Made by a program: the position numbers and the translations under genes. The notes beneath the pieces are model-generated. The model saw only the letters and a program-made list of their open reading frames with translations. It was not told where the DNA came from and searched no databases. 64,000 bases of DNA from the NCBI GenBank assembly GCA_000165425.1, contig CT868330.1:124001-188000 (forward strand), written 5' to 3'. Shown here in pieces: positions 55,014 through 64,000 of the stretch (position 1 is its first letter; each line of letters starts with the position of its first letter). The stretch is from Paramecium tetraurelia. Taxonomy: Eukaryota.

Positions 55014-57587
55014 ATGGAAAGTGTGAATTTTGGTGGTGATAATCCGTAGCCACGTTTCGGTCATACAATATGTGTAATAGCACCTAACAAGATTGCATTA
55101 TTCGGGGGTAGAAGCTATTAGTAGTATTTGAATAGGAGCAGTAGGAGACACAGGAAGATATGTGATCACGGGCGATGTGTATATAGGAGACATGACAACG
55201 AAGAAATGGAAGAGAATTGAAGCAAGTGGAAGTGTGCCAACAAATAGAGCAGCACATTAAGCATTAGCAATAGAATTGAATTAAATGATTATATTTGGAG
55301 GAGCTGTAGGTGGAGGAGGATTAGCAGATGATAATTTATATGTTTTTGAACTAAGAGATGATACAGGAACCTGGGTAACAGTACCAGTAATAGGTACAAC
55401 CCCTGGTAGAAGATATGGACATACAATGGTTTTGATTAAACCACATTTAATAGTGTTTGGTGGTAATACAGGTTAGGAACCTGTTAATGATGTTTGGAGT
55501 TTTAATTTAGAGAAATCTCCTTATTCTTGGTAGAAGTTGGAGTGTTCTTCTGAATAGCCGAACGTAAGAGTTTATCATTCTGCTGCATTATGTACAACAG
55601 GTTCAGCAAATGGAATGATGGTAGCATTTGGAGGTAGAACAAATGATCAAGGAGCTTTAAATGATACTTGGGGATTGAGGAAACATAGAGATGGAAGATG
55701 GGATTGGGTGAGAGCTCCATATAGAAATTAAACTGAGTAGCCATTATAAAGATATCAGCATTCAACTCTATTTTTGGGGACATTGATGATGGTGATAGGA
55801 GGCAGATCAAATAATGTTGGGGAAACTTTGCCTTTCGAAATTTACGATACTGAAACCTCAGATTGGTATAAGTTTCAGGCAATTCAAAGATTCAGACACT
55901 CCTCTTGGTTGATTGATTAATTTCTATATTTGCATGGAGGATTCGACTCTGATTAACCAAACATTCCAACAGAGGGCATTTTACGATTGAATTTGAATAC
56001 AAGATTTGCTTAGACTCCTTAATTGTTAAGACAAATGAATACTCTAAGGACTGATCAATCATTCACATAATCATTCAACCCAAGACCTCCAACCAACCAA
56101 ACATAGACTTAAGATTAATTTAGAAGAACAAATTAATAATAACCATAGGCCAGAAGTATAATTAACTATCATATTAGATTAAAATAATAATTAGTAAGTT
56201 CGAGTATCAAGTGCAACTAACAAAAATATCAGATTAGCAAATCAGGCTATTGTTGCTATGACTTATGGACCAGAAGAGGATATAACAAATTAGGTCAAGA
56301 AAGTACCAATTGACAAATTACAGGATGAACATAAGAAATTGGGAGCTGGATTTCATGATCCAAATTCTCAAAATAAATCATAGTTCTTAGATTAATTATG
56401 CCAACCTTTCGTTTAAAATTTATTGATACCAAAAGATTATCAATCAATTCCACCTAATTCTAATTTGTTGACTGGGATAAGAAAAGAGATGATAATTAAA
56501 TTGTGCGATGAGGTTCAACGAGTTTTAGATAAGGAACCAATAGTTTTAAGACTGAGAAGACCTATCAAAATATATGGAAATCTAAATGGTTAATTTTTAG
56601 ACTTGATGAGATTTTTTGATCATTTTAAAGCTCCATATGATAATTTGTATAACGGAGACATTGATTCTTAAGATTATTTGTTTCTGGGTGATTATGTAGA
56701 TAGAGGAACAAGATCTTTAGAAATTGTGCTATTATTATTCACATTGAAATTAAAATATGCAGATCAAATTCATCTACTTAGAGGACATCATGAAGATGCT
56801 AAAATCAACAAAATTTATGGATTCGCAGATGAGTGCTTTCTAAAATTTGCAGAAGATATCATGGATCCTAATAGCATATATTAGAGAATCAATAGAGTTT
56901 TTCAATATTTGCCATTAGCAGCAGTGATAGAAGATAAAATCTTATGTGTTCATGGTGGTATAGGCTAGACTATGCGAACAGTAGATGAAATCGAACTTAT
57001 TTAAAGACCATTGGAAATTGTACATGATCCAAAAACTGTATTTGAATTAATTTAATTTTAGTACTAACAAAAGATTGCTTTGGAATTGTTATGGTCAGAT
57101 CCGTGTTTGTCTGAAGAGGAATTAGAGAATCAACCAAATCCAGAGAGAGATATATTCTAAAATAGACAAATTATAAGGTTTGGTACAAATAGGGTAAGTA
57201 AATTCTTATAAGAAAACAATTTGAACATCATTATAAGATCGCACGAACCCACTCAAGAAGGATTCGAAAGACAAAATAATAATGTCATTACAGTGTTCTC
57301 TTGTCCAGATTATGGTCCCAATTCTCAAAATAACAAAGGATGTACCCTATTTTATTAAGACTTAAGCCATGCTCACTATTTCCAAGAGAGGTGAGATTAT
57401 TCCCAAAGTTATTTTACCTGCAAATTCTACTTCGGAATCAAGATGGATGGATCTAGAAGAAGCAATCCAAAGGAAGAAAGGATTTGCCAAATATGTAGTT
57501 ATAGATAATGATGAATTATAATGGAGAAAAAGATAGTTTACACCTCCCAGATCTAAGAAATCCTAATCTTAAAAGTAATTCGCATGA
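55014..57587 (+). CDS. Kelch-repeat PPP phosphatase (PPKL/BSU1 family) with degenerate active site
   Basis: Kelch repeats ([34 protein letters not shown]). PPP domain [39 protein letters not shown]; tail FTPPR. Confidence 0.92.
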
Positions 57588-57623
57588 ATTAATTATTAAT
57601 AATTGAATAAATTTTTGTATCTT

Positions 57624-59749
57624 TCATTATCCAAATATCTCTACGATTTATTGGGGATTCCAACTAGATCCGAATCCCCCTTGTTGATTATGATACTGTC
57701 CTGCTGCAGGAACAGGTAATACGACATCTTCAATCAGATAATCTGCAACTCCTGACAACATCTGTTATGATATCTATTTCTTATTATTGTTAAGTTCTTT
57801 TTATAAAAATAAACAATAGGATTTCTATAGCTTTGTCTTATCCTTGATGTATTGGTTGATGGTGGCTTGCATTTTGCTCATATACTATTGTAATTATTAA
57901 TTAGAATCCAAAATCTGAAGCGATGCTTTCTAGAGATTTACACTATTTAACAACGCCAAAGTGATTTATTTCAATCCTTGCTCATTTAATGAATTGTCCA
58001 ATCTAACAATTAATATTTAATGATATTTACAATATTGTTAATCTTAACTTTGTGATGTTTATGCTTTTCAATGACTTAGCTATATATTCCATCCCCTAAG
58101 ATCCTAATTTCAATCCTGAATGCACTTGAAAATTCACTTATTGATTAGTCAATGATTTCCCATATAGTTACATAATACATTTTTACACAACTTCAATTGA
58201 CAAGAATGTCCATTATTTAAGAACAACTATTTACTAAAATAAATCTATCATCTAATTGCATTGAAAATTGTTTATTTTCTTAATTATCAAACTTAAAACC
58301 TTTAATTGGGATTATTATAATTATTTAATAATTGAATCTACTGACTCTTACTCAATACTTGTGGATTTAATGAAGATTTTTAAATTTTAAAACAAATCCA
58401 TTTTTTAACTTAAAGTGTTAAACAGTATTTTTATTGATTGAATAGTATCCAATTAAATTTGAAGTGTCTATTTGATCTTTCTAATCTACTATGTATTTGT
58501 GGTTACTCTTAAGTCACTGTTAGGTGTGATTTGACCTATCAAATCTATTAAATCCAAATCTGAACAATCCTTTCCTTCACTTAATTCGATAAGTAACTTC
58601 TCTGTTCGTTCAAGAAAAGGCTCAATAGATTTAAAGCTTCCTTGCTTTATTGTACTACCCTTCTACAACTTAATATCCAATATCTTAATATTGCAATCTT
58701 AAAATAATTCACTTGAAATCAATTTGTGATGAGTTCCCAAAGACAATTTAACTTATTTTATGTTTTTTACTTCTTTGTATAAGATGTCATAATTGTTAAT
58801 GCCATAATTGTTACTAATGTATTAGAAATATAATCATACCCTAAGTTTAATTCTAAATTTTCTAATTTTCCAAATGATTTCACAATTTAATCAAAAGAAT
58901 TTTATGTTAAATTTCTGGTGTCATGCAAAAACAAATTGAGTAGTCTAAGTTGTTCAATTTTTTAAAGTGCTAAACCTAATTAAGTGATTGCTTATTCATC
59001 TATTTCGGTTTAAGCACCTATTGATAGATTCAATTTTTCTATATTGGGTTATGATGCCAACCATTTAAAGAAAGAATGAAATGATGTATCTAACTTATTA
59101 AATGGACTAATAAGCAATGTAAATTCCTTTAGAATCGAATCCTTTTGTGCTTCTTCAAAGTGTGACCAATTCTGATTCACGCAAACGCCTTATCCAATCT
59201 ACAACGAAATGGATTCCAATTTTTTAGATGTAATAAATTATAGATCCTTCAAACAAAGTGGTAATTCATCCCTATTAATATATATACTACTTACTCGAAA
59301 TTTAATTTTAAATGCACAAGTTGATTGTCATGATTTTATATTGCTTCCAAAATTGGTGATATTTACTTAATTGGATTATTCAAATCAAAATGAATGTCAA
59401 GAGATTTTAGATTTTTTTAATTTAGAATAAATTAAGCCAAAATTCTTCCATCTTCATCTGAAAATTGATTATTAGCTCTAAAAATCAAAAAATACTCATA
59501 CCCATATTTCAATTTAAAACTGCTCAAATCCAAATGGTTTAACGATAGGATTAAAGTTGAGTAATGCTAATAATTTAAAAATCCCCTAAAAATGTAAATA
59601 TGTTATTCATACTCAACAACAAGAGTTAAATTCTTGCATCCAATTTTATCTAAGACAACCTATTCAGAGGTCTGAATGACAATTTATAAATTCTCTGACT
59701 TTAAACATTAAATGTCCTCTTAATGTTAAATTGTGTGAGAAAGAGTCAT
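57624..59749 (-). CDS. Leucine-rich-repeat-like protein
   Basis: Repeats such as IEKLNLSIG...LRLLNLFL...LENLELNL, ITKLRL, LKSIRIQL; several tiny introns. Confidence 0.6.
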
Positions 59750-60098
59750 TTTTCAATATATATAAATTATTTATGATATTTAATTCTCAAAAATATGTAT
59801 ATCATTGATACCAATTATAAAATTCATTTATAATTGTATCCGATTTCCATATCTTTCCACTAACTTTGATGCTCAAATAATTTATACAATATTAATTCAA
59901 TAGTGTAATTTATATTTATTAATCCTTTTGATACAATGTTCTATCATGAACTCATTTCTATTAATGAAATTCATAATTATTTTAAAGGCATATATCCTTT
60001 CTTTGTTTATGGAAAACAAGTATTTAAGTTATAACAATATAAATTTATTTATTATTTCAATATTTAAACATTATATATTTACTAAAAACAAATCAAAT

Positions 60099-61922
60099 TC
60101 AATTAAAATAAAGTAATTCGATATTCTGTTGGGTCTAATTTGCTGGGCAAGTTCTCCCAAGAAGCAACAATTAAATCTCCACTTGATTCTGATTTTTTAA
60201 AGTGATTTTATTAAAACTGGAAATTTTATTATATGTTTTTGCTAAATATTATTAAATTCTTACATTGCTCTATTTAATGAGGATAGTATGAATAGGGAGA
60301 TAAATACATATTTTAATCGAATTTCAATATATCAACAATTCCTAAAGAATTTGAGCATAGCACATATTCTTTAATCAATTCTATTTAAGATATTTTCATA
60401 TTTTATTTATAAATTTACCTTGCTATCATAGTACTTAAATTTAAAAGTAATACATAGCATAAATCCTCATCTAAATGCCAAAATAATAAAAAGAGTTGTT
60501 GATTTTAAATATCATGTTTTATATCTACTAAAGCAAATTTCTAGTTATTCAATTCATGTGGAATGGATATGAATTGCCCATTATTAAATGTCAACAAACA
60601 CCCATTTTACAATCCAATATAGTATGTATCTTCAGAGTTTTAGTTCTAAATACTTAGGACAGATTCAATAGGATTCTCAAAATTGTAAATTCTAGGAGGA
60701 TATATCACTGCATTTTTTTGAATTACATATACCCTTAGATTTCCATCATTACTAAAGACCAAACATAAACTTCCTTAAATTTTGCAATATATGATTTCTT
60801 TAATACTTACATCCAATATTGTAAAATGTTGATAATTGAACCACAAATTAGGGTAAATTGCAATATTCCTCAATGATATTTTCTTGGTTTAATAGCAAAC
60901 AATTAATACAAGTTAATTATCGATAACTTAACTCCAAATTTAGTAAATATAACATGTATTTTCAGGTAATTAAATTTAAGTTTTGTTGTTAACATCAATT
61001 TATTCATTAACTCTATAAAAAATGATTGCATTTTTCTTTGCAATTCCTAAGACTTTAAATTCTTCATCATAAATAGATTAAATGAAGTCACTGATTTCAA
61101 GAGTTTAGATTTGTGTAAGTATTTTATTTTCGCATTCAAGTTATCTTGCATTATTTTAGAATTCATTGTGATTTTATCTTGTATTTTAATATCTGTAATC
61201 ATTTCTTTGTTGATAATTCTATGTATTTGATTAAAATCTATTATTCTATTGATCTTCATTTTCTGGTCTTTGATTGAATCTCCTTGGCTATTAGAAAGTA
61301 TTAGAATTTGATTCATTATTTTGTTAATTGAATTGTCTAAAATTTTAATATTTCTATTGATTATTGTTAGATTCATTATTAGGTTAATTAAATTTCTGAT
61401 CTCTGTTATTTTAGAACATATTTTAATCTCTGCCTTGATATTATTATCTTCCTTAATTATTTTGCCTGTCTTAATTAAAATTAAACTATCTTCCTTGATT
61501 ATCATTTTGCTATCTTCCTTGATTATCTGATTATTATCTTCCTTGATTATCCTATTATTATCTTCCTTGAGTATCCTATTATTATCTGCCTTGTATATCA
61601 TTTTATTATCTTCCTTGAAAATCATTTTATTATCTATCTCTTTAAAAAGGATTATTATTTGTGTTGTTTTATTATTATCTTTATTTCAATCCTTTTATGA
61701 ATATGTAATATTACCATCGAATCTGAATTGATTTTAAGTCCTACTTTGTTAATCATCCCTTTAATTATTTTATTATTTATATCCGTCAGGAATTCTATTT
61801 TTTAATTATTAAAAGCTCTTTTAATATTTTTCGGCTTCTGTATTATCATGCTTAAAAGGACATTGATCTCCTTTGTTGCATTTATTTCTGAGAAAATAAA
61901 TACATATTTTTTAGCTTTACAT
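60099..61922 (-). CDS. CCCH zinc finger + Q/N/R/G low-complexity repeats + beta-propeller-like C-terminal domain
   Basis: Starts MQSQKICIYFLRNKCNKGDQCPFKH (C-x7-C-x5-C-x3-H). 8-aa QGRQQxDx repeats; beta-rich C-terminus (CLVFSNDGNL.., YYIGLQNGCLL); ends IELLYFN-TGA. Confidence 0.8.
61440..61640 (-). repeat. Coding 24-nt tandem repeat (six or more copies of CAAGGAAGATAATAA...GAT)
   Basis: Encodes NDFQGRQQ NDIQGRQQ QDTQGRQQ QDNQGRQQ SDNQGRQQ NDNQGRQ. Confidence 0.85.
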
Positions 61923-61989
61923 ATTATAAATAAAAATATATTTAATATAAATTTTATGCATATACTATTTATGAATACTTTAACAATCT

Positions 61990-64000
61990 TCAAATTCCTT
62001 TCAATTCATACATCAATAATTCATCTGACGTATCACTGCTAAACAGAAGTATGTTAGAGCCAATTTTGCCACTTCCACTTGAAGCAGGAGATGATTAAGT
62101 AAATAATTAAAGCTTATGCTTACCATAAATTTATTATCCCACTGTTAATTGATGTCCCAATTTGATGTCTGAGGAATGCATAGCATAAGGAGACATACTC
62201 AAATGATGTTATGTAGCTATATTATCATTGAAACTAAATGTAATTAGCCAAACAGGGGGATTAACTTAAATTAATTAAAACAATTATACTTTTCTAATCA
62301 GAAACTTCAATCAAAACGCTTTCCATTAAAGTGCTCTAAATTTTTCTATTGCCGAATTTTGAAAAAACAATGCAGTTTCTAAATAATTATTAATTTAAAA
62401 TACTTATTGAAATCAAATAACTTAACTGCGCCTTCATTTGAAACAATTATGCAATGACCTGGCCATTAAGTTGTGATGAAAATCTGACTAATAGACCCAT
62501 AAAGAGGATCATGCAAATTCTAATCACAAATTAAAACAGGATCTTAAGATGAACCATATTTCATAAGTCTCCAAATATTGATTATTGAATCTGAAGAATA
62601 GGATATAAACTTCTCTCCTTTCTTTAAAAGTGTCAATCCATTTATCTTATTCAAATGTTTAGTATTATTTGTTCCAATCTTCTGAGTGTAGAAATTGCAA
62701 ATATTGATATCTCTATTTAAATCACTAAATGCTATATGAGTATTGTCTTTCAAATCTAAGGCATTATTTGGCATTTATGATAATTGGATCTTCCTAAACA
62801 CTCTGGGTTGAGTAGATATCATTATATCGTCGATATTCCAAACAATCAATTGCTTATCCTAACCCAAAGACACAAACTATCTGCTATTTGCTTCACTCGT
62901 ACAAATCTTCTCAAGATAAACTATGTTCTAAGTGTGACCTAAATATGTTGCTATCTTCTTTTATGTTGTATCGAATATTCTTAATTAGCTGTCATTTTAT
63001 GAACCAATTGCAAACAAATTATCTAAAATTGATAGAATACATGTTATTTAAGTTCCTATTGTAAACTTTTTAGTTGGTTTCAATTAGAAACTAAATTAAT
63101 AAAATTTAATATACTTATCTATGTTTCTGGCTGCCATCTATAACTGTAGATTATTTTCTCCGGTTTGAACTTAAGATAATTCTTTGTTACTGCCAAAAGG
63201 AATGTATAATCTCGCTGACACAACATTATTCAACACAAATCCAACCTCATTCACTACTGAATCTAATATGTTCGTCTGCGGATTTTATAACTTATCATAG
63301 TTTGGAGGAGAATTAGTCATTTACAATAGGAATCTTGCCAAAGTTTGTAAATCTGTTAACATTTATAGTGGAGTAACATTTCCTTATGATAGCTACTTGC
63401 TCTTATTCAGATGATTCTTTAAATTGGATAAAAATTATTGGGCTTCTGGTGTTCCTAAAGATGCCAACTTATATTAAAATGTATTTTAATTGGAATAATA
63501 AAAGTTTTGCCTTGACAAAAGGAAAAACTAATCTATATTCGCTTTTAATGTGATAAATGATTATTTGTATTGTTCATTGAAACTATCTAGTCTCTTCATA
63601 TTCTCTTCTTTTATCGATTAAATTACAACCATAATTTTTTCTTGAAGATTTGTAATATCAATCGCCAATTCAGTCTTAGAATTATTAATAATACTATTAC
63701 TTTCTATCTAATAACCATTTCATCAATCTTTTATAAATGTGCTTCTCCTTATTCCAAAATCTACAACAAACTGATATTCTCTTTATTTTACATAAATTCC
63801 TAATATAAAACGATGTTTTGGTTAGCCAATCTCGACATTTCTTCACAAAATTGTGAGGCCTTAATTAAAATAAAGATATACAAATGCTTCGACATCGATA
63901 ATCTTTGTCAGATGATCGTTATGAAACAACTATGGGTCCTCTGGAGATTGAATAAATGGTCTTTTATCGCAAGTTATGTCAGAACACACTTTTGTGATTT
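61990..64000 (-). CDS. WD40-repeat protein with N-terminal Cys/His-rich region (5' end outside window)
   Basis: GHTQNIVYL...FVSLGQDKQLIVWN; HLNKINGL...FISYSSDSIINIW; Cys/His cluster near the window edge; TGA at 61990-61992. Confidence 0.8.

Noticed and set aside
55502..55882. 126-aa minus-strand ORF
   Set aside because: Antisense shadow of the Kelch repeats.
61047..61731. 192-aa KEDNN-repeat ORF and the hydrophobic plus-strand ORFs in the track
   Set aside because: Off-frame and antisense shadows of the QGRQQ repeat in the CCCH gene.

Overview
AT-rich, gene-dense ciliate nuclear DNA, most likely macronuclear sequence of Paramecium. It uses the ciliate code (TAA/TAG = Gln, TGA the only stop), has ~20-31 nt GT-AG introns, and neighbouring genes are often only 20-80 nt apart. 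The supplied standard-code ORF track is therefore fragmentary and often in the wrong frame, so all models here were translated by hand with code 6 and boundaries are approximate. About 30 protein genes and one tRNA-Met are present. They include a giant VLIG/GVIN-like GTPase-fold protein with a C-terminal vWA domain, a TPR protein, an EGF-TM-RING-H2 ligase, three hybrid histidine kinases, an EF-hand protein, NAP1-like chaperone, glutaminyl cyclase, NDUFA9, a cAMP-receptor-like GPCR next to a PDE, two tandem ciliate-type paralogs, a Myb protein, Fizzy/CDC20, a Nup155-like protein, V-ATPase A, two TMBIM-like genes, a Kelch-PPP phosphatase, and LRR, CCCH-repeat and WD40 proteins. The most notable points are two apparent pseudoenzymes in otherwise intact genes (the giant GTPase with degenerate G1/G3 motifs, and the Kelch phosphatase lacking metal ligands), an uncharacterised tandem family with transcription-factor-like architecture, an atypical tRNA-Met, and a young pseudogene.
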